From contig JACPHY010000001.1 of NCBI GenBank assembly GCA_016188355.1, positions 38,125 to 102,124 of the forward strand: 64,000 nt of DNA, given 5' to 3'. Within the stretch, counting starts at the first letter, position 1. Each line of letters begins with the position of its first letter. This stretch comes from Candidatus Uhrbacteria bacterium (GTDB taxonomy: Bacteria; Patescibacteriota; Patescibacteriia; JACPHY01). Under the pieces are notes generated by a model, which did not search any database, was not told where the DNA came from, and worked only from the letters and a program-made list of their open reading frames with translations. Of this stretch, positions 28,760 to 38,785 are shown piece after piece. A program made the position numbers and the translations under genes.

Positions 28760-30622
28760 ATGGCAAAAATTATTGGTATCGATTTGGGGACCTCCAACTC
28801 TGCCGCGGCGGTCATGCAGGGTGGCTCGCCGGTCATTATTCCCGCAGCGGAGGGAACGACCATCGGCGGGAAAGCATTCCCGTCCTACGTGGCATTTGCG
28901 AAAGACGGGCAGCTCCTCGTGGGCGAGCCCGCACGGCGGCAGGCGGTCGCGAATCCGGATCGCACATTCCAGGCGTTCAAGCGAAAGATGGGAACCGCAT
29001 TCACCTATAAAGTAGACGAGAAGGAATACACACCGCAGCAGCTTTCCGCATTCATTCTCCAGAAGATTAAGAAAGATGCGGAGGCATTTCTCGGGGAGCC
29101 GGTCACGAAAGCGGTGATTACCGTACCGGCGTATTTCGATGATAATCAACGTCAAGCAACGAAAGATGCGGGCGCGATTGCGGGGCTGGAAGTGGTGCGC
29201 ATCGTCAATGAGCCGACGGCCGCCGCGCTCGCCTATGGACTCGATAAGGTGAGCGAGCAGGATCAGCATGTGTTGGTGTTCGATCTCGGTGGAGGAACGT
29301 TGGACGTTACGATCATGAGCTTCGGACACGGCGTGTTCGAGGTGGAATCCACGTCGGGAGATACGCAGCTTGGGGGCACGGACATGGACCGCGCGCTGAT
29401 TGATTTTTTGGCGGAGGAATTCCAGAAAAAGGAGGGAGTGGATTTGCGAAAAGATCCGATGGCGTTCCAGCGATTGCGTGAGGCAGCGGAAAAAGCGAAG
29501 ATCGAGCTTTCCACGGTACTCGAAACGGAGGTCAATCTTCCGTTCATTACGGCAACCGCCGATGGGCCGAAGCACCTCCTCGTCAAAGTGACGCGGGCAA
29601 AGTTTGAGGATCTCGTGCGTCCCATTATTGAGCGCTGCCGGCAACCCATGGAGCAGGCGATTCGGGATGCGGGAAAGACGCCCGGACAAATTGCGAAGGT
29701 GATCCTCGTGGGCGGTCCGACGCGCATGCCGATTGTCCAGAAGTTGATTGAGGAGTATTTGGGTCCAAAAATTGAGCGCGGCGTTGATCCCATGGAATGC
29801 GTCGCAAAGGGCGCATCCATTCAAGGGGCCATTCTTGCAGGCGAGACGAGCACGAAAGATATTCTGCTCCTCGATGTCACGCCGCTCACCCTGGGATTGG
29901 AGACCCTGGGTGGAGTTGCGACGCCCCTGATCCCTCGCAATACGACCGTGCCGACGTCGAAATCGCAGGCGTTCTCGACCGCGGCAGACAATCAGACCAC
30001 CGTGGAAATTCATGTGCTGCAGGGGGAGCGTCCGATGGCCGCGGATAATAAATCGCTCGGCAAGTTCGCATTGGACGGCGTGCCGCCAGCGCCACGCGGG
30101 ATACCGCAGATTGAGGTGACCTTTGATATCGATTCGAACGGTATTCTCACCGTTTCGGCAAAGGATAAGGCCACGAATAAGGAACAGAAGATCACGATTT
30201 CCGGTTCCGCGCGTTTGGATCAGACCGAGATTGATCGCATGCGCAAGGAGGCGGAGCAGTTTGCGGAAGCAGATCGGAAGAAGAAGGAGCTTATCGATCT
30301 TCGGAATCAGGCGGAGCAGGCCATCTACGCTGCGGAGAAATCGCTCAAGGATCTGGGGGACCAGGTGGATGCGGCGGTGAAGACGGAGGTGGAGGCGAAG
30401 CTCGGGGAGCTCAAGAAGGTGAAGGACGGAGAAGATGCGGGTGCGTTGAAGAAGGCCATGGATGATCTCCAGCCGGCACTCTCGAAAATTGGCGAGTCAA
30501 TGTACAAAAAGGCGCAGGAGGAACAGCAGAAGAGCGGCAGTGCGAACACGAAGGGTGCCGCGCAGAGTGGCGACGCGGGATCACCGCCGAAGGACGCAGA
30601 TTTTGAAGAGAAGAAGCAGTAG
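28760..30622 (+). CDS. dnaK: Chaperone DnaK
   Basis: [50 protein letters not shown]. Confidence 0.98.
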   Translation: MAKIIGIDLGTSNSAAAVMQGGSPVIIPAAEGTTIGGKAFPSYVAFAKDGQLLVGEPARRQAVANPDRTFQAFKRKMGTAFTYKVDEKEYTPQQLSAFILQKIKKDAEAFLGEPVTKAVITVPAYFDDNQRQATKDAGAIAGLEVVRIVNEPTAAALAYGLDKVSEQDQHVLVFDLGGGTLDVTIMSFGHGVFEVESTSGDTQLGGTDMDRALIDFLAEEFQKKEGVDLRKDPMAFQRLREAAEKAKIELSTVLETEVNLPFITATADGPKHLLVKVTRAKFEDLVRPIIERCRQPMEQAIRDAGKTPGQIAKVILVGGPTRMPIVQKLIEEYLGPKIERGVDPMECVAKGASIQGAILAGETSTKDILLLDVTPLTLGLETLGGVATPLIPRNTTVPTSKSQAFSTAADNQTTVEIHVLQGERPMAADNKSLGKFALDGVPPAPRGIPQIEVTFDIDSNGILTVSAKDKATNKEQKITISGSARLDQTEIDRMRKEAEQFAEADRKKKELIDLRNQAEQAIYAAEKSLKDLGDQVDAAVKTEVEAKLGELKKVKDGEDAGALKKAMDDLQPALSKIGESMYKKAQEEQQKSGSANTKGAAQSGDAGSPPKDADFEEKKQ

Positions 30623-30644
30623 ACCAGGCGAGTGCGCGCAAGAG

Positions 30645-30670
30645 AAAACGCCCCGTCGTATGACGGGGCG
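30645..30670. terminator. Hairpin between convergent dnaK and hypothetical gene
   Basis: CGCCCCGTC-GTAT-GACGGGGCG preceded by AAAA. Confidence 0.65.
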
Positions 30671-30686
30671 CGGGCGCGGTGATCGG

Positions 30687-31169
30687 TTATTCGTGCGCAG
30701 ACAGGAATGCGCGCGCAAGGATCGCGCAGAGTTCGGGTAGCCGCTCGTTCGGTAGCCCGCCTTCGGCAAATCCCGCGCCCATGAGTTCGGATCTGCAGGT
30801 ACTGGGTCGATCCTCGAAGGTGAAATCCCAGCACCGTGTCGGGATGTGGTAGTAGCAATCGACGACCGGGTCCCGATGCTTGGCAGGGAAGAGTGCGAGA
30901 TTGATGTAGAGGTGGCCACCGGTATCCGCATCATCCGCCATCCAGTTGACGCTCCAGCTCAGCGTGCGGTCGCCATGCTTGGCTTGGTGATCGAACGTCA
31001 CCGATGCAACCGGCCATCCCGGCAGTTCCTGCGGCATCCAACTCCAGCTCGGTGCAGCGGTGATGCCATGGGCCGAGAAGAGCTGCTCGATGGTAGCGGT
31101 GACCTGTAGCGCGTCGGTGAATTGGGCTAAGAGCTGATGCACGGCGTTGCCTCTTTCTGTACTGCGCAT
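30687..31169 (-). CDS. Hypothetical protein
   Basis: 160-aa Trp-rich ORF filling the dnaK-dnaJ gap; no family recognised. Confidence 0.6.
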   Translation of the reverse strand: MRSTERGNAVHQLLAQFTDALQVTATIEQLFSAHGITAAPSWSWMPQELPGWPVASVTFDHQAKHGDRTLSWSVNWMADDADTGGHLYINLALFPAKHRDPVVDCYYHIPTRCWDFTFEDRPSTCRSELMGAGFAEGGLPNERLPELCAILARAFLSAHE

Positions 31170-31304
31170 CCGTGGGTATCACGAATCGAGCTCACTGTAT
31201 CGGTTGGGCTGCATGGTGTCAATGGAGCAGATGGGGAATGTGCGGTATTGATGCGCCGGTATGCTCGTCGGGTGATGCTCTGGTACCCTGTGAATACGGA
31301 ATGT

Positions 31305-32417
31305 ATGGCAAATGACTACTACGAGGTATTAGGGATTCCGAAGCATGCGTCTCCCGACGACATTAAACGCGCGTTTCGAAAACTCGCGCAGGAGCATCAT
31401 CCGGATAAGGGGGGGGATCCGGAAAAATTTAAAGAGGTAAATGAAGCGTATCAGGTGCTTTCCGACGCAGAGAAGCGGCAGCAGTACGATCAGTACGGCA
31501 GGACATTCGAGCAGGCGCGTGCGCAGGGCGGATTCCAGGGATTCGAGGGATTCCGGGATTTTTCCACATGGGCGGAAGCATCCGGCGTCAATTTTGAGGA
31601 TTTGTTTTCTGGGATGTTTGGGGGCGGTCTCGGGGATATGTTTGGGATGGGCGGCGGACGTCGGCGGCAGCGTCGCGGGCGAGATCTCGAAATTGCGATC
31701 GAGTTAGAATTTTCTGAAGCGGTGTTCGGTGTCACGAAGGCGGTTCCCCTCGAACGTCGCGTGCCATGCGATGTGTGCGGGGGAAGCGGTGCTGCGTCGG
31801 GTGCGAGCAAGAAGGCCTGTGCTACCTGCAAGGGGGCGGGTCGCGTGCGCACGGTGCAGCAGACGATTTTTGGTGCATTTCAGGTGGTCACGACCTGCTC
31901 GTCCTGTCAGGGCGAGGGTCAGGTGATCACGGAGCCGTGCGTTGCATGCCGCGGGCAGGGGACGCAGTTGCGTACGGATGAGGTGCAGATTGCGGTGCCT
32001 GCGGGTGTCGAAGCGGGGAACACGCTTGAGCTTACCGGCCAGGGAGAGGCGGGAGAGCGGGGTCTTCCCTCGGGGAATCTCTACGTGCACATTCGCGTGC
32101 GCCCGCACCAGTTGTTCACACGGGAAGGAACCACTATTTTCTCGCGGATCGTGATCACGCCAACACAGGCAGTGCTCGGTGATCGGGTTATTGCCGCAAC
32201 GGTTGATGGTGATGTGGAGGTGAAAATTCCTGCGGGCACACAGCCCGGCGACCAGTTGCGCTTGCGCGGGAAGGGTGTTCCTCGTTCCCACGGGTTTGGT
32301 CGAGGGGATCAGGTGGTGACTGTGATGGTCGATATTCCCCGTAAACTGAATCGCAAGCAGCGAGAACGTTGGGAAGAACTGCAGCGGGTGGAAAAAGAGG
32401 AACGAGAAAAGACGTAA
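31305..32417 (+). CDS. dnaJ: Chaperone DnaJ
   Basis: DYYEVLG, HPD motif, G/F region, four CxxCxGxG repeats. Confidence 0.97.
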   Translation: MANDYYEVLGIPKHASPDDIKRAFRKLAQEHHPDKGGDPEKFKEVNEAYQVLSDAEKRQQYDQYGRTFEQARAQGGFQGFEGFRDFSTWAEASGVNFEDLFSGMFGGGLGDMFGMGGGRRRQRRGRDLEIAIELEFSEAVFGVTKAVPLERRVPCDVCGGSGAASGASKKACATCKGAGRVRTVQQTIFGAFQVVTTCSSCQGEGQVITEPCVACRGQGTQLRTDEVQIAVPAGVEAGNTLELTGQGEAGERGLPSGNLYVHIRVRPHQLFTREGTTIFSRIVITPTQAVLGDRVIAATVDGDVEVKIPAGTQPGDQLRLRGKGVPRSHGFGRGDQVVTVMVDIPRKLNRKQRERWEELQRVEKEEREKT

Positions 32418-32563
32418 GATGGTATACTGGTGTGGACAAGTGCACCTCCTTTTGGTTGCCGCATATATCGATGGCGGCGTTTGCGTGAGTATCCGCTCCC
32501 AACGCGTTTGGTGGGCGGGCGAGCACGTACGACGAGATGAGGAGGTGCTTGCATGATCTGCAT

Positions 32564-33562
32564 ATGCCGGAGCAGCTCCCGCCATCGTCACCGACGCCCG
32601 TCGTCATTCGTACGGTGCTCGGTATTATTGCTTCGAGTGTGTTTGGCGCGTGGTTGGTGCAGGGAGCAGGGGCGGCGGTGTGGACGGAGCCGGGTGCGCA
32701 GCCGCCCACCGGAAATCCGCCGGGCTTCGTATGGACGCAGAGTCCATCTGCGTCACCGCAAGCAGGAGGTCAATTTAATATTGAAGGAGCAGGGAGGCTG
32801 GGCGGGGTATTAGAGGCGTTGGGCGGTGGTCTCTTTGGGAGTGCCACATTCGATCTCGGGAATGCCGCAGGTGGTCAGAGTGTCATTTCCGGAACGGCGC
32901 AATTCGACCGCATGCACGCGGCCGATGCGTTGTTGCTCCTGCAAACAGATGCAGGTGGAACGAGAACGGATCGTTTTCGCGTCGATCGTTCCGGTGCGGT
33001 CACCGCAAGTACGAGTGTCACGGCGCCGCAGATTTGCATTGGGAACGCATGTCGTACGGATTGGCCAACCGGTGCCATCACCGGGGTGACGGCCGGGACC
33101 AATCTCAGTGGTGGGGGCACTACAGGTTCGGTGACGCTCAACGTAGTCAATAATCCGACGTTTAGTGGGGATGTGAGTGTGGGGGGGCGGCTCAATGTGA
33201 CCGGCTGTTTTGGGCCCGTTCTGCGCGGCAAGACGAGCAGTACGGCAAATGGCAATCGTGGGGGGTATGCGCAGATCAACGTACTGTGCCCCGCCGGTCA
33301 GCACGTATGCACGACTGCGGAGGTGCTGAATTCGATCAACTGTGGAGCGATTGGGGTGGGGGGATTGGGTATCTCGAATGGAACGGATTTGTGGATCGCG
33401 AATCTTGCCCCCTCATTGCCGACGCCGACCAATGATTGCGTGGGATGGACGAAAGACACGGCGGCCTGGAAGGGCATTAAGTGGAGTTTTCATGCAACCA
33501 CCGGCGGTGCGGCATATGCGGAAGGTTGTAATGCCGCACTTTCCTTTGCTTGTTGCGGGTAA
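32564..33562 (+). CDS. Secreted fibre/adhesin-like protein with Cys-rich lectin-like C-terminal domain
   Basis: Signal/TM, WTEPGAQPPTGN, ICIGNACRTDWP, AGTNLSGGGTTGSVTL, and C-terminal C..HVCT..W..NDCVGW..C..ACC. Confidence 0.7.
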   Translation: MPEQLPPSSPTPVVIRTVLGIIASSVFGAWLVQGAGAAVWTEPGAQPPTGNPPGFVWTQSPSASPQAGGQFNIEGAGRLGGVLEALGGGLFGSATFDLGNAAGGQSVISGTAQFDRMHAADALLLLQTDAGGTRTDRFRVDRSGAVTASTSVTAPQICIGNACRTDWPTGAITGVTAGTNLSGGGTTGSVTLNVVNNPTFSGDVSVGGRLNVTGCFGPVLRGKTSSTANGNRGGYAQINVLCPAGQHVCTTAEVLNSINCGAIGVGGLGISNGTDLWIANLAPSLPTPTNDCVGWTKDTAAWKGIKWSFHATTGGAAYAEGCNAALSFACCG

Positions 33563-33570
33563 TAGTGCTT

Positions 33571-34458
33571 ATGCTCCGCACGTCCGTTTCCTCCTCCCGT
33601 CGGCGAATGGCGGTCACGCGCATCGGTAGTGTCGCATTGCTGGTGCTTGCCATGAGCGCGCCTTCGGTCGCATGGGGACAATCAACATGTTCAGCGGGTC
33701 AGCAATACTGTCCGTCCGGATCCTATGCGGGGACGTGTCAGGTGAATACGAGGTCATGTCCAACAGGATCGGTGAGTGCGACGGTGGATGGGTGTTCTGC
33801 GTGCGCGTGTCCTGGTGGGCAGGTGGTGTGCAGCAATGCGTGTGTTGCGACTCAGGCGGGAAACGCATGTACGACAGCAACCGGTGATTCTGGGACATAC
33901 AACGCCTGCGGTACGTCGTGCACGGCAACTCCTCCGGAATCGGTGATTATCACGCCATCTGCTGCACAGGCCACCATTCCGGCCCGGTCGTCACGTCCTG
34001 GGATTTTTCTCAATCAGACAGGAACCGGATCCATTGTGCAGCTGCAGCAATCCGGGGCGAATGTACTGACCGTGAATGGAACCGGTCTCCAGATCGGTTT
34101 GCAGGACGGAGGTCTGGGTATTGCGCTTGGGGCGGGTGATGCGGGACAAAATCTCTTGTATGGGGTCGTCGATTACGCGGCATCCAATGCGGGGGATGCG
34201 CTGCTACTGCTTCAAACTGCGGCGAATTCGGGAGGTTCGCAAGTACCCACTACGCGTTTTCGTGTGGATCGTGAAGGAAATGTGGCCGCGAGTGGTGGAG
34301 CAACGATCGCCGGCGGCATCACCGCAGGATCGGGAAGCGTCGGCATTATTGATAGCACCGGCAAAATTCCCGAACTCTCCTCGACCTACCTCGCCAATCT
34401 CTCTGGCGCGAATCTCACAAGCTTGAATGCAGCGAATCTCACGGGAGATAGCGGCTGA
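33571..34458 (+). CDS. N-terminal part of the modular fibre/adhesin gene (ends at a 2-bp frameshift)
   Basis: Signal peptide, Cys-rich N-domain, then a fibre module. The frame breaks at 34449/34450, where the sister repeat has an extra GC. Confidence 0.75.
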   Translation: MLRTSVSSSRRRMAVTRIGSVALLVLAMSAPSVAWGQSTCSAGQQYCPSGSYAGTCQVNTRSCPTGSVSATVDGCSACACPGGQVVCSNACVATQAGNACTTATGDSGTYNACGTSCTATPPESVIITPSAAQATIPARSSRPGIFLNQTGTGSIVQLQQSGANVLTVNGTGLQIGLQDGGLGIALGAGDAGQNLLYGVVDYAASNAGDALLLLQTAANSGGSQVPTTRFRVDREGNVAASGGATIAGGITAGSGSVGIIDSTGKIPELSSTYLANLSGANLTSLNAANLTGDSG

Positions 34459-34557
34459 CCAGGCGCTGTTTGGTGTATTGGTGGGATCCGCCGGAAAGTT
34501 CCTCATCGACAATGAGGGAGATGTGGTGGCGGTGGGTAGCGTGAAGGCACCATCGTT
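34309..34557 (+). repeat. Intragenic direct repeat R1, copy 1 (249 bp)
   Basis: Identical by eye to 35501-35751 except for the missing GC after 34449. Confidence 0.9.
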
Positions 34558-37500
34558 CTGTATTGGGGATGACTGCAAATCGTCGTGGGCAGCGGTGGCG
34601 ACTGGCAGTCCAGTGGTACAACTGCAATCGGCGACGCCGGGTACCGCGCAGGATGGCCATCTCAATATATCGGGAACGATTCGTGGAACGCAGCTTTGTC
34701 TCGGTGGAGAATGTAAAACGACGTGGTCGGAAATCGCGGGGACTTCGGTGTCGCTCCAAGGTTCATATCCTGGGACCGCAGATGCGGGCAATTTCCACGT
34801 GAGCGGGTCGGGTCGTGTGGGCACGGATCTCGCGGTGATCGGGACGACGACGCTAGGCGCCGCAGGGGGCAGTTCGACGGTTTTGAACGCGGTGGGATCA
34901 AATTTTTACCTGAACGGTGAAGGAAACATTCAGCTGCGGGTCGGAACTGCAGGAGCGGCTACGACGGAAAAATTTTCTCTCAATAATGGCGCGAATGCTG
35001 AAATTTTCTCCCTCGATGAGACGGGTGCCCTCGACGTTGCCGGCGGAATCGTCGCAGGAACCGGGAACGTTCAAATCGTGAATGCCACGGGAAAGATTAA
35101 CAATATTTCGTCTACGACGTTCGCTAACCTCTCCGGTTCCAACCTTACCACCTTGAACGCCACGCAATTGACCACGGGAACAGTTAATGCCGCGCGATTG
35201 CCGTCCACCATGACGCAGGCAACGACATTCACTGGAGTTCCCACAGGCACTGGGGTGCTGCAAGGATCGCTCATAGCGAATCCGGCATCTGCGACCGCGA
35301 ACTATGCATTACTTGGCGTGGCCGCCGCGGGTGATGTGGCCGCCGCCGGGCGATTGTGCATTGGATCAGACTGTCGCAGCGCATGGCCTGCCGGCATCCT
35401 GTTGCAGGATTCACTTCCGGGAACTGCACAGACAGGCAATTTCCATATTACCGGTGGGGCGGTGCTCGATGGTGCATTGAGCTCCGCAACGCTCAACGTG
35501 GCCGGCGGCATCACCGCAGGATCGGGAAGCGTCGGCATTATTGATAGCACCGGCAAAATTCCCGAACTCTCCTCGACCTACCTCGCCAATCTCTCTGGCG
35601 CGAATCTCACAAGCTTGAATGCAGCGAATCTCACGGGAGATGCAGCGGCTGACCAGGCGCTGTTTGGTGTATTGGTGGGATCCGCCGGAAAGTTCCTCAT
35701 CGACAATGAGGGAGATGTGGTGGCGGTGGGTAGCGTGAAGGCACCATCGTTGTGCATGGGGGATGATTGCAAGTCCCGTTGGTCGGACGTGACTGCGGGT
35801 ACGGTACTTCTGAGTAGTACTCGTCCTGGCTCGCAGCAGGATGGCCATATCAACATTACGGGTGATGTACGATCGGGAGCATTGATCACGACGGAGTACA
35901 TTGCATCGCTCGGTCCGATCGGATGGGGTCCGATCGGCGGACCCGCCGGATCGCTACAGTGGAATGAATCTACGGTGCAGATGGGTGCGTATTCCAACAA
36001 TGACGTACACATTATTACGGGAGGCGATCAGCCGCGCGTGCAGATTCAGCATGCGACGGGGAATGTGGGTATTGGTAGTGCCCCCAGCCCCGACTATCGA
36101 CTGAATGTGGGCGGTACTTTAAATGCGACGCGCATCTGTATTAATGGAGACTGTCAGACGGCATGGCCGGCGGGTGGTGCCGTCGGCAACTTTGTGCCGC
36201 TCCGTGCCAGCGCACCGACCACCGCCGACGCCGGCCATTTTTACATATCAGGATCTGGCCGTATTGGGGACGCGCTCCAGGTGGACAGCACCGGCGCAAC
36301 CGCCCTCGACGTTGCCGGAGGTATCGTTGCAGGAACCGGGAACATTCAGATCGTGAATGCCGCGGGAAAGATTCCTGTGTTGAGTGCCACCACTCTCGCC
36401 AATCTCACTGGCTCGAACCTCACCAACTTGAACGCTTCGCAATTGGCTGCTGGAACAGTTAATGCCGCGCGATTGCCGTCCACCATGACGCAGGCAACGA
36501 CATTCACTGGAGTTCCCACAGGCACTGGGGTGCTGCAAGGATCGCTCATAGCGAATCCGGCATCTGCGACCGCGAACTATGCATTACTTGGCTGTCGCAG
36601 CGCATGGCCTGCCGCAGGTGTCCCGAGCGTGGCATTGTTGGATGCACTACCGGGAACTGCACAAACAGGACATTTTAATATCTCGGGAAGTGGTGTATTC
36701 GGCAATGCGGCGAGCGCGCGCCAGATTATCGCATCGGGAACGGCAGGATTTGGTCGCTTGACCTACAACGAAACCACTGGGAAGGTCCAGCTACAGGATT
36801 CATCGTATGCAAATGATGGCAGCGACGGGCTGACACTCGATGGGAGCAATTTGCATGTGGTGGGCGCGTTGAGTGCTACCAGTCTCGACATCGCCGGCGG
36901 CATCCAGGCAGGATCTGGGAACGTCGCGATTATTGATGGCTCCGGAAAAATTCCTGGAATCTCCTCGACGTATTTTACGAGCCTCTCTGGAGCAAACCTG
37001 ACGGAGCTGAATGCGAGCAACATCTCGACGGGCGCCATTAATATTGCACGTATTCCGAACACGGTGGCTAAGCTAGCATTTCCGGCAAAGTTCACGGGAA
37101 GCGCCAGCGCGGCGTGGGATTACGCCACGCTCGTGGCAAACCCAGCATACGCGGACGAAGATGATGCGCTTATTGCTGCGGGAATGGGTACGAGTGCAAG
37201 CAGTAATGCGGTGTTCCGGGTCGACAAGGAGGGCGACGTGACTGCGGCGAGTAGTCTCTCTGCTCCGATGGTGCAGGGCACGAGGCTCTGTATTAGTGAC
37301 TCCTGTATAGATGGATGGAGTGAAATTCCTGGTGGAGGGGGAGGTGGCGGCGGCAGCTTTGTGCCGCTGCGCGCCAGCGCACCGTCCACCGCCGATACCG
37401 GTCATTTCTACATATCAGGATCTGGCAGAATCGGGAGCACGTTGCAGGTGAACAGCACCGCCGCATCCGCGCTTGACGTTGGTGGCGGCATCAATGCAGG

Positions 37501-38776
37501 GACCGGGAACGTCGGAATTATCGACGCATCGGGAAAGATACCCGCCATTTCTTCGACGTATTTCGCGAGCACTGCATTAAATGCGAGCGATCTCTCGAGT
37601 GGTACGGTTGCCGCTGCACGGTTGCCTTCCACGGTGATTCTGGAGGGTGAATCCGGATCCACGCTCACGAATTTGAACGCGAGCAATTTGGCGAGCGGAA
37701 CCGTTTCCGCGGCGCGACTACCCACCTCGATTACGCAGGCTACGACGTTCACTGCGTTGCCGGGTGGAGATACGTGGTCAGGATTTACACCCAGCGTCGC
37801 CATTAATCCAAGATCGGATATTACGAACTCAGGATGGCCGCTCCTTCGCGTGGGGATGAATGATGCGGCCATTTTCACGGTACTTGGATCAGGATCGGTA
37901 TCCGTTTCCGGAGGAATTTTTGCGGGTACGTCATCGGGAACGGGAGTGCAAATCGTCAATGGTTCGGGAAAAATACCCGAAATTTCCTCCACGTATTTCA
38001 GTAGTGTATCTGGAGCCAACCTCACCAACTTGAACGCGGCGAACCTCACCGGCACCATTGATGCGGCTCGATTGCCGACGCTCACGAACTTGAACGCGAG
38101 CAATTTGGCGAGCGGAACCGTTTCCGCGGCGCGACTACCCACCTCGATCACGCAGGCGACAACTTTTGCGGCGACACCGAGCGGTGCCGGTGTGTTGCAG
38201 GGTGCGTTAGCAGTGAATCCGGCGAGCGCAGGGTCGGATCGCATCCTGTTTGGTGTGGCGGTGAATGGTGTATCGAAGCTGAAAGTGGATGCAGAGGGCG
38301 ATGTGGAGGCCGCGAGTAGCCTGAAGGCACCGTCGCTATGTTTGGGGAGCGATTGTCGGACCTCCTGGCCGTCCGGTGGTTCGAGCAATGCGGTGAGTTT
38401 GCAGTCTGGCGGATTGACTGCGCAGACTGGTGGTTTATCGGTAACGGGAGAGGGACGGTTTGGGTCGATATCGGTGGACGATCTTGTGGTGTCAAATTCC
38501 TTCTCCGCGCCGACGATCGAGACTGATGGAGAATTTTTTTGGAAGGGCGGTCCATTGATTTCGGGGACGCGCGAGGTGGTGAATAGCGAACCTAGTACTA
38601 CGGGTTCTGCGATGGCTAGGTGTCAGTCGGGATACCTTTTGACGGGCGGTGGGTGTATGTGTAATGGCCCATTGAAGGCCACATGGCCATCGTCTGATGT
38701 TGCGGAGGCATGGCAATGCGTCGGGACGTGCTCTCGGATCACGGCGTATGCAATTTGCTTGAAGAAGACCCAATAA
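34427..38776 (+). CDS. C-terminal part of the modular fibre/adhesin gene (joined product ~1735 aa)
   Basis: Recurrent GKIP..LSGANLTxLNA, AARLP, DxEGDV and C[ILM]xxxCxxxW modules; C-terminal CQSGYLLTGGGC..WQC..AYAIC tip domain. Confidence 0.8.
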   Translation: MQRISREIAADQALFGVLVGSAGKFLIDNEGDVVAVGSVKAPSFCIGDDCKSSWAAVATGSPVVQLQSATPGTAQDGHLNISGTIRGTQLCLGGECKTTWSEIAGTSVSLQGSYPGTADAGNFHVSGSGRVGTDLAVIGTTTLGAAGGSSTVLNAVGSNFYLNGEGNIQLRVGTAGAATTEKFSLNNGANAEIFSLDETGALDVAGGIVAGTGNVQIVNATGKINNISSTTFANLSGSNLTTLNATQLTTGTVNAARLPSTMTQATTFTGVPTGTGVLQGSLIANPASATANYALLGVAAAGDVAAAGRLCIGSDCRSAWPAGILLQDSLPGTAQTGNFHITGGAVLDGALSSATLNVAGGITAGSGSVGIIDSTGKIPELSSTYLANLSGANLTSLNAANLTGDAAADQALFGVLVGSAGKFLIDNEGDVVAVGSVKAPSLCMGDDCKSRWSDVTAGTVLLSSTRPGSQQDGHINITGDVRSGALITTEYIASLGPIGWGPIGGPAGSLQWNESTVQMGAYSNNDVHIITGGDQPRVQIQHATGNVGIGSAPSPDYRLNVGGTLNATRICINGDCQTAWPAGGAVGNFVPLRASAPTTADAGHFYISGSGRIGDALQVDSTGATALDVAGGIVAGTGNIQIVNAAGKIPVLSATTLANLTGSNLTNLNASQLAAGTVNAARLPSTMTQATTFTGVPTGTGVLQGSLIANPASATANYALLGCRSAWPAAGVPSVALLDALPGTAQTGHFNISGSGVFGNAASARQIIASGTAGFGRLTYNETTGKVQLQDSSYANDGSDGLTLDGSNLHVVGALSATSLDIAGGIQAGSGNVAIIDGSGKIPGISSTYFTSLSGANLTELNASNISTGAINIARIPNTVAKLAFPAKFTGSASAAWDYATLVANPAYADEDDALIAAGMGTSASSNAVFRVDKEGDVTAASSLSAPMVQGTRLCISDSCIDGWSEIPGGGGGGGGSFVPLRASAPSTADTGHFYISGSGRIGSTLQVNSTAASALDVGGGINAGTGNVGIIDASGKIPAISSTYFASTALNASDLSSGTVAAARLPSTVILEGESGSTLTNLNASNLASGTVSAARLPTSITQATTFTALPGGDTWSGFTPSVAINPRSDITNSGWPLLRVGMNDAAIFTVLGSGSVSVSGGIFAGTSSGTGVQIVNGSGKIPEISSTYFSSVSGANLTNLNAANLTGTIDAARLPTLTNLNASNLASGTVSAARLPTSITQATTFAATPSGAGVLQGALAVNPASAGSDRILFGVAVNGVSKLKVDAEGDVEAASSLKAPSLCLGSDCRTSWPSGGSSNAVSLQSGGLTAQTGGLSVTGEGRFGSISVDDLVVSNSFSAPTIETDGEFFWKGGPLISGTREVVNSEPSTTGSAMARCQSGYLLTGGGCMCNGPLKATWPSSDVAEAWQCVGTCSRITAYAICLKKTQ
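35177..35317 (+). repeat. Intragenic direct repeat R2, copy 1 (141 bp)
   Basis: Identical by eye to 36452-36592; the upstream flanks are more diverged. Confidence 0.9.
35501..35751 (+). repeat. Intragenic direct repeat R1, copy 2 (251 bp)
   Basis: In-frame counterpart of 34309-34557. Confidence 0.9.
36452..36592 (+). repeat. Intragenic direct repeat R2, copy 2
   Basis: Matches 35177-35317, then jumps to the sequence seen at 35372 (54 bp absent). Confidence 0.9.
37661..37740 (+). repeat. Intragenic direct repeat R3, copy 1 (80 bp)
   Basis: Matches 38078-38157 with two synonymous T/C differences. Confidence 0.85.
38078..38157 (+). repeat. Intragenic direct repeat R3, copy 2
   Basis: Matches 37661-37740. 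Confidence 0.85.
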
Positions 38777-38785
38777 GGTGCTCCA

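Noticed and set aside
32429-32563. Riboswitch in the adhesin operon leader
   Set aside because: Two GC hairpins are present but I recognise no aptamer consensus; an Rfam search would be needed.
34309-38157. Repeat pairs as DGR template/variable regions
   Set aside because: Differences are an indel or synonymous changes, not adenine-specific. Both copies are coding, and no reverse transcriptase is in the window.
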